NCBI GenBank assembly: GCA_964036045.1
Contig: OZ038378.1
Span: 11,098,001-11,162,000, forward strand
Direction: 5' to 3'
Source: Eutreptiella sp. 'Long Island Sound 2002'
Lineage: Eukaryota > Protista > Euglenida
Length of the DNA: 64,000 bases
Every line of letters begins with the position of its first letter. Position 1 is the first letter of the stretch. A program made the translations under genes and the position numbers. This document shows positions 12,307-25,674 of the stretch, piece after piece. The notes below the pieces were generated by a model, which was not told where the DNA came from, searched no databases, and saw nothing but the letters and a program-made list of their open reading frames with translations.

Positions 12307-15300
12307 TTGCATGAGGAATGAGCCACAGCTCTGGGCACTGCGACAATTCATTGCAGTACTAGCAAACAGGCTGCCCATGTGGCGTGCGCGACATGCGTAC
12401 ATTGGGGTAGTACCAGGAGCCCACTCCAAAACCATCTTGTATATTTATTGCTAGCTCTGGAGCCCTGCAAGGGACCCCATTTTGAGGGCTTCCGAGGAGA
12501 GAGCATTGGCCGAGCTTTCAGCCCAACAGCGGCACGGTGTGCGGATGGTGCCCGCGAGGTCACAGGGCTCAGGGGCGTTCAATGATACTCTCAATGGGAG
12601 GTCGAAGATCAGTGAACCCAACAATGACCATCATGGAGGAACGGTTTCCAATGACAAAGGCACAGGTACTGATGCCAATGCTCATTCAAGACTCCCAAGA
12701 GGCCTTGCCGTCTGACCAGATCCCATCCATGAAACATTCCATAGCTCACAGGGCGAACTCAAGGCAACATTCAGAACTGGTTTCAAGCCGACCCGGAGGC
12801 ATACGGTAGCTCAGTGTCCGTTGCTTCATATGCCCCAGAAAGGACCCAGGGTCCCTTTGGGTCGTGGGTGTGACATGTCATGCAAGCCCTGAAGGGGAGG
12901 TTTGGGAGGGTCCGAGGGCGGGGCTGCAGCGACCTGCCCCTGCGTGCAAACACGTTTCTCCCACCCCATTTCGCACGCCGCCCACAAAAGTTTGACCGTT
13001 GTTCGGGAAGGTAGACAACGTGGTCCCAGGTTCTGAGCCACGCAAACGCCGGAGGGCAGACTGTTGTCTAGAACACCGTTGCCCAAGGCAGCGAGCTGGC
13101 ACAAGGACCGAGTTTACCTTTGCCCATGGGCAAGTTAAACAGACCAGTTTTAGAACCCACGACCAGTTTCTACGCCACTGTGAAGTTCCTCACTCCACCA
13201 CATGATTCCATCAAAAGTAAGTGTATATACTCTTTCGAGTCCCTGTTTTGACGTCTATCTCGTCATCCTTTTTGGTTTTGTATCGTCGGATGAGCAAGCA
13301 CCACAATGTGATAGTTTTGTGCAATTTTCAAGTGAGTGTTTGTCAGTATCACGAAGTACTTATTGCTTCTCCTTCCAATTGTCAGTCGGGTACACAAAGC
13401 ACTATAAGCTCTGGGTAAAAAGTCACAAAAGTAGTTCCCAAAAATGACCAGCTGTACCTGAATGTTACCCCATGCCAATCCCATGCTAATAGTGTATGTC
13501 ATGCAACCTGCTGACGCATGTCAGCCTTCCATCCTCACACCGCTGTTCTCTACAGCCTACAGTCACTGTGCCTCATGCACACTGGGAAGCTTACGGGCGT
13601 GGCAGTCTCCCACTGCATAACCTGGTCTCAGATTCAGCTAATCCTCGCTACGTGTCAGATTCGCTACCACCCATTGTGGGATCATCGTAGCACTGGACAG
13701 CTCTGAACCTTGATCCCGAGAGGTTATCTCGAGTACTGTGAACTGAGCAGGCTACACCAGCTCATCGTAGTCTGAACCAAAAAAAAAAACAGAGTCACAA
13801 AAGTAGTTTCCAAAAGGCTTATGCATTCAGAGGTGATTGTAATAAATTGTAGAGAATCTTGCCGAACAAAGTTCCTTTGTTCTGTTCCATGTTCCATGGA
13901 TGTTTTATGTTCTTGCAGTGGCGGAACATACTTTCTGTGACAACTCCCACTTTCACTCCCACTTCCATCACCTGGTTTCAGTTTCAGACTCAGCTGATCC
14001 TCACTACCTGTCAGATCCGCTACCACAGCCATTGTGGGATCATCGTAGAACTGGAGTACCATATGGTGAGCAGGCTACACCAGCTCATCTTTGTCTGGGC
14101 CAAAAACAAATATCCTTTTCTGTGACAGAGTTCATTTGCTTAAGGTTATGGCTGTTGTGCCAAGTCGGATTCGTTGTTTGCTCTGCAATGGATCATCCTT
14201 GTTGTCGCCTTCTTGTCTGGCAGTGAAACCAGGACAGTGAAGTCTGGTTACGGTGAGCGAAGCTTTGCTTTTCGATGCGTAAAACCATTGTGCCGCCCGG
14301 CTATGCACTCCGCTATCTTTCTCAGCCTACATTCGTTTGTGCATGCTGTGCGGTGGTTTCCAACTGCAGATTCTGGTGTCAGAGTCAGCTCATCCTGCAC
14401 TACGAGTCAGATCCGCTACTGCAGTCATTTGTGGGATCACCGTAGCACCGGACAGCTCTGTACCTTCAAGGGTTGTCTAGACTGGTGAGCAGGCCACACC
14501 AGCCTGTCTTTGTCTGCCCCACCCCTTCAACAAGAAACATTGAGTTTACGACACGTAGAACTCTCACAATTTTTAGATTCTGCAGCCACGTCTATCCCTT
14601 GCGTCTGCCCTGATCAGTCGCTGCTCGGAATCGACGCAATTCATGAACCCACGATAGCCTGCTGCATATCTCACGATATTGGCAAGCAGCAGTAGCGTCA
14701 CAGGGTGTGTGCACGCATGCCACACGAGATTCTTACCTGGAATTACTTCATTGCGATGACTCTTCAAATAATCATCAGCACACGCTCACCAGTTGCGTAG
14801 CAAAGGCTGTCGCTGGAATGCCCGTCTGGACATCTTCTGATCCGAATGTTGGCCACTTTGATGCAGGAGGTAGACACTCGTCTCATACAGCAAGTCCAGC
14901 GAAATTTGGCGAAGCTGCCAGAAACCAAAATTTTAGGTGCAGCACTGATTGAGGAGTGCCCTGCAAAGTGGAATGATAACTATACAGCTAATACCACATA
15001 ATAGGCTTTATTTTATGCCAACCTCCAAAATTTTGATCCCGCCCTCCAAGTCGGGTAAAACGCGCTGCCAACACGCTCGCCGACTTGTTGGCCGCCAGGT
15101 TTGCCGACTCGGGGGGGGGGGGGGTTTGCATGAGGAATGAGCCACAGCTCTGGGCACTGCGACAATTCATTGCAGTACTAGCAAACAGGCTGCCCATGTG
15201 GCGTGCGCGCCATGCGTACATTGGGGTAGTACCAGGAGCCCACTCCAAAACCATCTTGTATATTTATTGCTAGCTCTGGAGCCCTGCAAGGGACCCCATT

Positions 15301-15675
15301 TTGAGGGCTTCCGAGGAGAGAGCATTGGCCGAGCTTTCAGCCCAACAGCGGCACGGTGTGCGGATGGTGCCCGCGAGGTCACAGGGCTCAGGGGCGTTCA
15401 ATGATACTCTCAATGGGAGGTCGAAGATCAGTGAACCCAACAATGACCATCATGGAGGAACGGTTTCCAATGACAAAGGCACAGGTACTGATGCCAATGC
15501 TCATTCAAGACTCCCAAGAGGCCTTGCCGTCTGACCAGATCCCATCCATGAAACATTCCATAGCTCACAGGGCGAACTCAAGGCAACATTCAGAACTGGT
15601 TTCAAGCCGACCCGGAGGCATACGGTAGCTCAGTGTCCGTTGCTTCATATGCCCCAGAAAGGACCCAGGGTCCCT

Positions 15676-16809
15676 CAACCCCCCCCCCCATTTCAGCGGC
15701 CGAATTTGGCCGATTTTGCGGAATTGGTATGCCGAATTGTTGGGTTTCTGAATCTCGCCGATTTGTTTTGCCGAATCACTAGGTTTCTGTAACTTTGCCG
15801 CCTCGTTTTGCCGATATGTTGGGGTTTCTGGGTTCTGGGTCACCTGAGTTGGAGGCGTCACTTACTTTGGGACACTGCATAATACCTTTTCTTTGTATAT
15901 TGGTTGTCCAGATTGGCACCATGAAGTGTTTCTACTGTCCACAAAAAAACGTGTCTTTGGTCCCCTGGGATTCGTTGTCCTCCGCTGATCAAGCTTTTCT
16001 TCGGGACAAGTATCCTGATGCCGGTGAGGGGGCAGTTTTCGAATTTTGTGTTCGCTCTGCACGACCCAGTGCGTTCTTCAGCCGCCGTTCTTCGGGCAGC
16101 TCATCATCAGGCCCCCAGTCACTGGATTCCGGGCTACTGGTGCCTGCAGTGGATTCTGTAGCTGTGTCTGGGGAGTGCACATGAAAAAAAAAGCGCCGCA
16201 AACTGAAACGGTGGGACCAAGTTGCCCCCAGGACACTTCCAAAAACCTGTTTTGGACTCTGGGGAGGTTTCATCATTTTTCTGGGTGACCCCGGCCCGAC
16301 TCGGGCTCGGGTTTCAAAAATATCGTTGAACCAATCAACGCCGCTTGGAGATTCAGAAAGTGCACAGTTTTCCCGTGCACATGAAAAAAAAAAGCGCCGC
16401 AAACTGAAGCGGTGGGACCAAGTTACCCCCCCCAACACTTCCAAAAACCTGTCTTTGACTCTGGGTCCAGGTCAGAAAATTGGTCAGAAAATTGACCCCA
16501 GAGGGGTTTGAACCAGGGTAACCCAGTTTTCGGCGTGCTATCGCCCGACACTGCAACCATTCAATCAAGCATTTTCGCTTTCAAGATGCCATTTTTCGTC
16601 TTATACAATCAGCAGGATGCAAATTTTTTTTCAGCTAATAAGGGTTTCCACATGTCTCTGACAACACAGCAACCAAAGGGACAGTGTGTTTGGGCCAGGG
16701 GCCAGGGCCATAATCCTGGTGACTGGGAAGCATTTCGCCGAAAAATAGGCCCGCCGAATTGTTCTGCCGAATTGTTGGGATTTCTTCGCCGAATTGGGGG
16801 GGGTGGTTG
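15676..16809. mobile_element. CAACC...GGTTG DNA element C1 (1134 bp), 6-bp TSD GTCCCT, inserted in tandem copy 2
   Basis: The empty site CAGGGTCCCTTTGGG is present in copies 1 and 3. GTCCCT is duplicated at 15670-15675 and 16810-16815. Offset change of 1140 = 1134 + 6. GCCGAATT repeats at both ends; internal ~90-bp direct repeat (~16172 and ~16374). Confidence 0.92.
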
Positions 16810-19134
16810 GTCCCTTTGGGTCGTGGGTGTGACATGTCATGCAAGCCCTGAAGGGGAGGTTTGGGAGGGTCCGAGGGCGGGGCTGCAGCGACCTGCCCCT
16901 GCGTGCAAACACGTTTCTCCCACCCCATTTCGCACGCCGCCCACAAAAGTTTGACCGTTGTTCGGGAAGGTAGACAACGTGGTCCCAGGTTCTGTGCCAC
17001 GCAAACGCCGGAGGGCAGACTGTTGTCTAGAACACCGTTGCCCAAGGCAGCGAGCTGGCACAAGGACCGAGTTTACCTTTGCCCATGGGCAAGTTAAACA
17101 GACCAGTTTTAGAACCCACGACCAGTTTCTACGCCACTGTGAAGTTCCTCACTCCACCACATGATTCCATCAAAAGTAAGTGTATATACTCTTTCGAGTC
17201 CCTGTTTTGACGTCTATCTCGTCATCCTTTTTGGTTTTGTATCGTCGGATGAGCAAGCACCACAATGTGATAGTTTTGTGCAATTTTCAAGTGAGTGTTT
17301 GTCAATATCACAAAGTACTTATTGCTTCTCCTTCCAATTGTCAGTCGGGTACACAAAGCACTATAAGCTCTGGGTAAAAAGTCACAAAAGTAGTTCCCAA
17401 AAATGACCAGCTGTACCTGAATGTCACCCCATGCCAATCCCATGCTAATAGTGTATGTCATGCAACCTGCTGACGCATGTCAGCCTTCCATCCTCACACC
17501 GCTGTTCTCTACAGCCTACAGTCACTGTGCCTCATGCACACTGGGGAGCTTACGGGCGTGGCAGTCTCCCACTGCATAACCTGGTCTCAGATTCAGCTAA
17601 TCCTCGCTACGTGTCAGATCCGCTACCACCCATTGTGGGATCATCGTAGCACTGGACAGCTCTGAACCTTGATCCCGAGAGGTTATCTCGAGTACTGTGA
17701 ACTGAGCAGGCTACGCCAGCTCATCGTAGTCTGAACCAAAAAAAAAACAGAGTCACAAAAGTAGTTTCCAAAAGGCTTATGCATTCAGAGGTGATTGTAA
17801 TAAATTGTAGAGAATCTTGCCGAACAAAGTTCCTTTGTTCTGTTCCATGTTCCATGGATGTTTTATGTTCTTGCAGTGGCGGAACATACTTTCTGTGACA
17901 ACTCCCACTTTCACTCCCACTTCCATCACCTGGTTTCAGTTTCAGACTCAGCTGATCCTCACTACCTGTCAGATCCGCTACCACAGCCATTGTGGGATCA
18001 TCGTAGAACTGGAGTACCATATGGTGAGCAGGCTACACCAGCTCATCTTTGTCTGGGCCAAAAACAAATATCCTTTTCTGTGACAGAGTTCATTTGCTTA
18101 AGGTTATGGCTGTTGTGCCAAGTCGGATTCGTTGTTTGCTCTGCAATGGATCATCCTTGTTGTCGCCTTCTTGTCTGGCAGTGAAACCAGGACAGTGAAG
18201 TCTGGTTACGGTGAGCGAAGCTTTGCTTTTCGATGCGTAAAACCATTGTGCCGCCCGGCTATGCACTCCGCTATCTTTCTCAGCCTACATTCGTTTGTGC
18301 ATGCTGTGCGGTGGTTTCCAACTGCAGATTCTGGTGTCAGAGTCAGCTCATCCTGCACTACGAGTCAGATCCGCTACTGCAGTCATTTGTGGGATCACCG
18401 TAGCACCGGACAGCTCTGTACCTTCAAGGGTTGTCTAGACTGGTGAGCAGGCCACACCAGCCTGTCTTTGTCTGCCCCACCCCTTCAACAAGAAACATTG
18501 AGTTTACGACACGTAGAACTCTCACAATTTTTAGATTCTGCAGCCACGTCTATCCCTTGCGTCTGCCCTGATCAGTCGCTGCTCGGAATCGACGCAATTC
18601 ATGAACCCACGATAGCCTGCTGCATATCTCACGATATTGGCAAGCAGCAGTAGCGTCACAGGGTTTGTGCACGCATGCCACACGAGATTCTTACCTGGAA
18701 TTACTTCATTGCGATGACTCTTCAAATAATCATCAGCACACGCTCACCAGTTGCGTAGCAAAGGCTGTCGCTGGAATGCCCGTCTGGACATCTTCTGATC
18801 CGAATGTTGGCCACTTTGATGCAGGAGGTAGACACTCGTCTCACACAGCAAGTCCAGCGAAATTTGGCGAAGCTGCCAGAAACCAAAATTTTAGGTGCAG
18901 CACTGATTGAGGAGTGCCCTGCAAAGTGGAATGATAACTATACAGCTAATACCACATAGTAGGCTTTATTTTATGCCAACCTCCAAAATTTTGATCCCGC
19001 CCTCCAAGTCGGGTAAAACGCGCTGCCGACACGCTCGCCGACTTGTTGGCCGCCAGGTTTGCCGACTCGGGGGGGGGGGGGTTTGCATGAGGAATGAGCC
19101 ACAGCTCTGGGCACTGCGACAATTCATTGCAGTA

Positions 19135-19731
19135 CCCCACCCCCCCTTTGCAATAGCCACGCCCTTGTCCAAGCTACAGTAGGCGTAGGGACCGTATGAA
19201 TTTGGTACCTAATTTTAATTCGGTACCAAATGTAGTGGAGCCACATAAGACATGGGTTTGATGACAAATTTGCCAGTTACATAGGGTTTGGAATGTACTT
19301 TACAAGAGACCACATGCAAGGCAATTTCATTCCCGAGAACTTGAAGTTGCCTGACCCAAACCAGCCCCTAAAACTCGGGCAAAGGCATCTTCAAAGGCAT
19401 CTTCAATTGGTGAGCATGTGCAGTTGTTCTGCATGGTGTATGATCGCAAGAAGGGTTTCCAAGCCGAACATTTGTAGGCTTCTCATGCCTCTTTGCTTGT
19501 AGGAACATGGGTGTGAACCTAAAGTTTCATGTTTCAGACACTTTCTTGTGTTTACATGCCTTTGGGAACGTGGGCGGAGGTTAAGGTGCATTGATACCAC
19601 GCACTCACCCCCGTGTGTGTCGGTAGTTGTATGTGTTGCGCGCAAGCCACGCCCTTGCCTAAGCTACAGTAGGCGTAGGGACCGTATTAATTTGGTACTT
19701 TTGTGTAGCTATTACAAATGGGGGGGGGGGG
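19135..19731. mobile_element. TA-TSD DNA element T1 (597 bp), inserted in tandem copy 3
   Basis: Absent from copies 1 and 2 (empty site GCAGTACTAGC). TIR CCCCACCCCCCCTTTGCAATAGC / GCTATTACAAATGGGGG. TA on both sides. 55-bp direct repeat at 19156-19210 and 19646-19700. Confidence 0.88.
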
Positions 19732-21818
19732 TAGTAGCAAACAGGGTGCGCATGTGGCGTGCGCGCCATGCGTACATTGGGGTAGTACCAGGAGCCCACT
19801 CCAAAACCATCTTGTATATTTATTGCTAGCTCTGGAGCCCTGCAAGGGACCCCGTTTTGAGGGCTTCCGAGGAGAGAGCATTGGCCGAGCTTTCAGCCCA
19901 ACAGCGGCACGGTGTGCGGATGGTGCCCGCGAGGTCACAGGGCTCAGGGGCGTTCAATGATACTCTCAATGGGAGGTCGAAGATCAGTGAACCCAACAAT
20001 GACCATCATGGAGGAACGGTTTCCAATGACAAAGGCACAGGTACTGATGCCAATGCTCATTCAAGACTCCCAAGAGGCCTTGCCGTCTGACCAGATCCCA
20101 TCCATGAAACATTCCATAGCTCACAGGGCGAACTCAAGGCAACATTCAGAACTGGTTTCAAGCCGACCCGGAGGCATACGGTAGCTCAGTGTCCGTTGCT
20201 TCATATGCCCCAGAAAGGACCCAGGGTCCCTTTGGGTCGTGGGTGTGACATGTCATGCAAGCCCTGAAGGGGAGGTTTGGGAGGGTCCGAGGGCGGGGCT
20301 GCAGCGACCTGCCCCTGCGTGCAAACACGTTTCTCCCACCCCATTTCGCACGCCGCCCACAAAAGTTTGACCGTTGTTCGGGAAGGTAGACAACGTGGTC
20401 CCAGGTTCTGAGCCACGCAAACGCCGGAGGGCAGACTGTTGTCTAGAACACCGTTGCCCAAGGCAGCGAGCTGGCACAAGGACCGAGTTTACCTTTGCCC
20501 ATGGGCAAGTTAAACAGACCAGTTTTAGAACCCACGACCAGTTTCTACGCCACTGTGAAGTTCCTCACTCCACCACATGATTCCATCAAAAGTAAGTGTA
20601 TATACTCTTTCGAGTCCCTGTTTTGACGTCTATCTCGTCATCCTTTTTGGTTTTGTATCGTCGGATGAGCAAGCACCACAATGTGATAGTTTTGTGCAAT
20701 TTTCAAGTGAGTGTTTGTCAATATCACAAAGTACTTATTGCTTCTCCTTCCAATTGTCAGTCGGGTACACAAAGCACTATAAGCTCTGGGTAAAAAGTCA
20801 CAAAAGTAGTTCCCAAAAATGACCAGCTGTACCTGAATGTCACCCCATGCCAATCCCATGCTAATAGTGTATGTCATGCAACCTGCTGACGCATGTCAGC
20901 CTTCCATCCTCACACCGCTGTTCTCTACAGCCTACAGTCACTGTGCCTCATGCACACTGGGGAGCTTACGGGCGTGGCAGTCTCCCACTGCATAACCTGG
21001 TCTCAGATTCAGCTAATCCTCGCTACGTGTCAGATCCGCTACCACCCATTGTGGGATCATCGTAGCACTGGACAGCTCTGAACCTTGATCCCGAGAGGTT
21101 ATCTCGAGTACTGTGAACTGAGCAGGCTACGCCAGCTCATCGTAGTCTGAACCAAAAAAAAAACAGAGTCACAAAAGTAGTTTCCAAAAGGCTTATGCAT
21201 TCAGAGGTGATTGTAATAAATTGTAGAGAATCTTGCCGAACAAAGTTCCTTTGTTCTGTTCCATGTTCCATGGATGTTTTATGTTCTTGCAGTGGCGGAA
21301 CATACTTTCTGTGACAACTCCCACTTTCACTCCCACTTCCATCACCTGGTTTCAGTTTCAGACTCAGCTGATCCTCACTACCTGTCAGATCCGCTACCAC
21401 AGCCATTGTGGGATCATCGTAGAACTGGAGTACCATATGGTGAGCAGGCTACACCAGCTCATCTTTGTCTGGGCCAAAAACAAATATCCTTTTCTGTGAC
21501 AGAGTTCATTTGCTTAAGGTTATGGCTGTTGTGCCAAGTCGGATTCGTTGTTTGCTCTGCAATGGATCATCCTTGTTGTCGCCTTCTTGTCTGGCAGTGA
21601 AACCAGGACAGTGAAGTCTGGTTACGGTGAGCGAAGCTTTGCTTTTCGATGCGTAAAACCATTGTGCCGCCCGGCTATGCACTCCGCTATCTTCCTCAGC
21701 CTACATTCGTTTGTGCATGCTGTGCGGTGGTTTCCAACTGCAGATTCTGGTGTCAGAGTCAGCTCATCCTGCACTACGAGTCAGATCCGCTACTGCAGTC
21801 ATTTGTGGGATCACCGTA

Positions 21819-22522
21819 CCCTCCCCTGCCCTTGCAAACCCCCCCCCCCCCTTGCAATCTCCCCCCCTCCACCCGGGAGACCGTCACTTCCATGTTTTTC
21901 TAGTTAACATGTATTGTGCTGGTTTGTGTTGCCCATCTGCTTCACGCATGGCCTTGCATTGCTTTCCAATTACTACAAATCAACCACCTGTATGTGTTCT
22001 GTGATATTCTCTCTCCAAAGGCGTTGTATGGGTGTGTTGTGTTGCTACGTCAGACCCAAGATGTTTTCTCCCGGTGACCATGTACAGTACCACTCAAAGC
22101 CAGCCGCCAAACGGACTGGTTTGGCTTTCAAGCGGGCGCTAAAGCGGCTGCCAAACCAGCCCTGCGTGCCATTGCCTCCTCCTCATCAGCCAGTGCAACA
22201 CACCCCGTGCCTGTCATGCAAACTGAGCATGTGCAACAGTTCAAAGTGTGTTATTCTCGTACCCAGAAGTTCTTCAGCGTTCCTTTGGATCCTCAATAAC
22301 ATTAGTGTTGGATGAAACACATTGGCAAAGCATCAATGTGAAAGTCGCTTCACACGTGTTCTCTTTGCTTGCATCAGTAGAGGGTACCACAATTTGCCTT
22401 GAAATACCCTTGCAAATCCCCCCCCCCCCCCGGGAGACTGTCACTTGGCGACCGTCTCCCCCCCCCCCCCACCCGGGAGACCGTCGCGCGCTAACCCGGG
22501 AGTTTGCAAGGGGGGGGCAGGG
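21819..22522. mobile_element. TA-TSD DNA element T2 (704 bp), inserted in partial tandem copy 4
   Basis: Empty site CACCGTAGCACCGG in copies 1-3. TIR CCCTCCCCTGCCCTTGCAAAC / GTTTGCAAGGGGGGGGCAGGG. TA duplicated. CCCGGGAGACCGTC motifs near both ends. Confidence 0.9.
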
Positions 22523-22599
22523 TAGCACCGGACAGCTCTGTACCTTCAAGGGTTGTCTAGACTGGTGAGCAGGCCACACCAGCTTGTCTTTGTTGTGGT

Positions 22600-23450
22600 C
22601 CTTTAAACCGAACGTGAGACGAGTCACACCCAATCGCACGATTCAAAATCCTCGGGGACAATGTCTTTACAAAACCCCGAACTTCCGGAAGAGAGCCGTT
22701 GTCCCACCGCCAGATGACGTACACCAGAAAAGAGTCCATGCCCTGGTGACCAAACCATGGATGCACACCACAAAAACGAAAGCCATTCAAACCATGAGGT
22801 GTTTGCCACAATTCCAATCCGAGTCAGTGCTGCTGCTTGAATGATACCGAGGACTCGGTGTTGAGTTATTTCCCCTCCCAAGTGTGGTGAGTGCGGCACT
22901 ATCCCAAGCCGTGGAGGCACGGCGGTTCTTGGCAAATGCGCTGCTAGAGGATAGCCACAACCAAGGAAGCATGCATCGGAACTTGATACGCCTCACGAAA
23001 GACCGTCTGCACTACTCCGTGAAGGAACAACACATGTTATGCCAGCATGCTGCACGGACCTCTGCTTTGCTTCTGAGTGCACCTGTGTTGTTCATAAATG
23101 GACCTTCAGCTTTTTGGGTTTCTGCCGAGTACACTCAATGACACTCTGAGCGTCTGGAACAAAACTTGATACGCCTCAGGAAATGCCAAGCAAAATGGTA
23201 TGCCAAGCACGCCTACCGAGCCACGCGTTACTACCTCACAGGGCTGCGTGGCTCCAAAACCAAGCAGATTTCTTTTTTTGGGGGGATCAAAGTGCGCACG
23301 CTTGATGCACCATCAACATCCATGGGTGCAAGAACATGCCGAGACCCTGGAGATGTTGTACCAAGCCACGGCAATGCGCACCACACACGAGTATATTGCG
23401 CGGCACCTAAAGGAACGGGGGCGACAAGTGAGACACACCATATAGCTTCT
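22600..23450 (+). mobile_element. Decayed coding relic, possibly the 3' end of a non-LTR retrotransposon ORF2
   Basis: Frame-broken protein-like text ending QEHAETLEMLYQATAMRTTHEYIARHLKERGRQVRHTI*, preceded by a possible degenerate C..C...ES..H..EC knuckle. The family assignment is a guess. Confidence 0.25.
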
Positions 23451-25674
23451 ACGGGAGTGCAAAAGGGGTATTTTTGAATTTTTGGCCACCCAATTGAACC
23501 TGCCACGCGGAACAAACACGCTAGGCCAGCAGACAAGAACAGACAATAAAAAAACCCCCCATTTTCCGGGAAAAGACCACGCTTTTGAGGCAGATGCAGT
23601 GAATGGCATACCCCACAGAATGAATTTTTTCATATGATCCAGAAACGTATCATATGAGACATATAGACTCGACAGTGATATTACCATTTCCCATTCCTTG
23701 ACATTGTCCCCCGGCATGGCAGTAGAATCTCGCTACACAGACAACTGACAGGTAAACATAGTCTGAATATATGTCCCACTGCTAAAGGTGGCATGCGAGT
23801 TGTGTCTCACACGGGGCAAAATATGTTGTACTTTGGCTATTAGCTTGATCTGGTCCTTGTGAGCAAGCACTTACGAGGCACAAGTAAGTCCGAGAACGAA
23901 AAAAATGTTGGTGGCGTACAAGGAAAGGTTGAAGAAGTAGTCCACGCAGATGGAGTACTATGGGCATTTGCGCATTTTCAACCCACGAAATCTGCTTGAT
24001 ATGCCACACTCCAGATATCAATACCCCCTATTGGGCCTTTCTCATGTGCGAGATATTGCAGAGCAATGGAGCTTGTACATCCGTTGCAACGCGATTGATA
24101 TAAATGGTCCTACTGCTTTGCAGGAATGGTGGCAATCTAACGTTTTGCAACAAACAAAAGTTTCGCCATAGGGCGGGGATTGCCAGCGCACTTCTGGTGT
24201 CTCAGGGAGGGGTTGACACGTCATGGGTCCGGAGAGTGTAGGGTCTGCCACCACTATCCTCGGCTTTTGATGATTGTTGCCACCAGGTCGCCATACAATT
24301 GAGTGCGCTTGTCTTATTCGTCACCTTCGCATCTGGAACACATGTGGGAGGCCAAGAGGTGCAAGATTGTGTTTGCCGTTGATACCAACATGCCCCTTGC
24401 TAACACTGAGGTGTGCAAGCGCTGGTAGGATTGGCGATGTGACTGCAGGCAGTGATGTGGCCTTCCTTTCCCTTGAGGACAGGGGGGTCATTGCTGCCCA
24501 CTGCCATGCACACCTAACATAGTTCGGCCTGCACCTTACCGCTATCGACCTCCTTATCAAGTGGGCGGCACCCGACCTTGAGGCCCATGAAGCCCTCCTG
24601 TACCTATCCCTCTTGGAGACAACGACCGGTCTCGAGTTGGATGTATTTGAAGGGGCGTGTAAGCCCACTGTTAAGTCCGCCAGCACACCCATTTTTGGGT
24701 CAGCACCCTCACGGGTGTAGACGATGAAAGAGATCTCTAGCGGTAGATCAACGAATGCGAGAGGCACTTGGCTGAACTTAGGGGCCCCACGGTCCCTCCG
24801 TTCTTGCATGGTGCGTTAATGCAGCTGGGGGATGGGACCCTCCTATGGGGATGCCGTGGTCGCCCTCATGTGCTTTTTGAAAATTGATACCTCCGACGCT
24901 ACTCGGGCAAGCTAGGTCTTTGCTGAAGACCTCGAGAAGCTGCTGTAAAAGTCCACATTTGCTGCCCCTCATGGTATGCCAATGCAGCCGCAGTCATGTA
25001 TGCCGAATCGTCGACCCCCTTGCACGGTGGGAGGTCCACCTGGGGCTTGTTTCACATGTGGGCTATTTGGACACCAAGTCAAGGACTTTTTCGGCCCCAC
25101 CTGCGTTTGGTCCCAGTAGCGCGCTGCCGATATTGCGTCTCATGCTATGTATGCCGCCTCTCAAGCTTCTACGCAACCAGCGGTCCCCATCCAAGTGCCG
25201 GCCCATGGAAGGCGTGGTGGGCTCACCTAGTGGGTGCGCCCATGCTATACACTGCGTACTCAACAGGGAGGACCTACGACACTTCGGGTCTGCCTCCGTA
25301 TCCCTGTTCGACGTGGCACATTGCTGTCCTCCCACCGGTACCTCTTGTCACGATCTAGACGTGCACCGTAGGCGTGCTGCAAGGTACGGGTCATTAGCTG
25401 TGGGGTAATTGGCATTAGTCTTCCTCAATTTTTGGGTGAAGGAAGTCGGTCAAATGGGCACAATGGTGAGGCACAGGCCGTAGGTGCTGCAGGTGCTGCA
25501 AGATTAGCGTTGCCACATGCCTTGTGCTGCAGTAATGTGTGATGTATCACATACCCCCCCATCCCATAGGCCATTGGATCTGGACCCTCCTTATTTCCGG
25601 AAGGAGTCCCATATGAAGTGACTCCCAGTAGGTCATGCAGAAGACATGGCACTAGACACCACTCATGTTACTGA

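Larger units (their letters stand above)
11506..22593. repeat. Tandem segmental array: three full ~2.82-kb units plus a ~190-bp partial fourth unit
   Basis: Unit starts (CCTACA[C/T]TCGTTTGTGCATGCTG) at 11506, 14326, 18284 and 21700. Identical ORF translations recur with offsets 2820, 3958 and 3416, and the differences are explained by insertions. Each unit contains a ~100-bp sub-repeat (GTCAGATCCGCTAC...GTGGGATCA.CGTAG) three times. Confidence 0.95.

Noticed and set aside
11585-14470. ~100-bp sub-repeats (GTCAGATCCGCTAC...GTGGGATCA) as a CRISPR-like array
   Set aside because: The repeats are too long, the spacing is irregular (350 bp to 2 kb), the spacers are themselves duplicated, there are no cas genes and the context is eukaryotic.
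11690-21907. The many 60-110 aa ORFs recurring in the tandem array
   Set aside because: No domain motifs or codon bias. They recur only because the DNA is duplicated.
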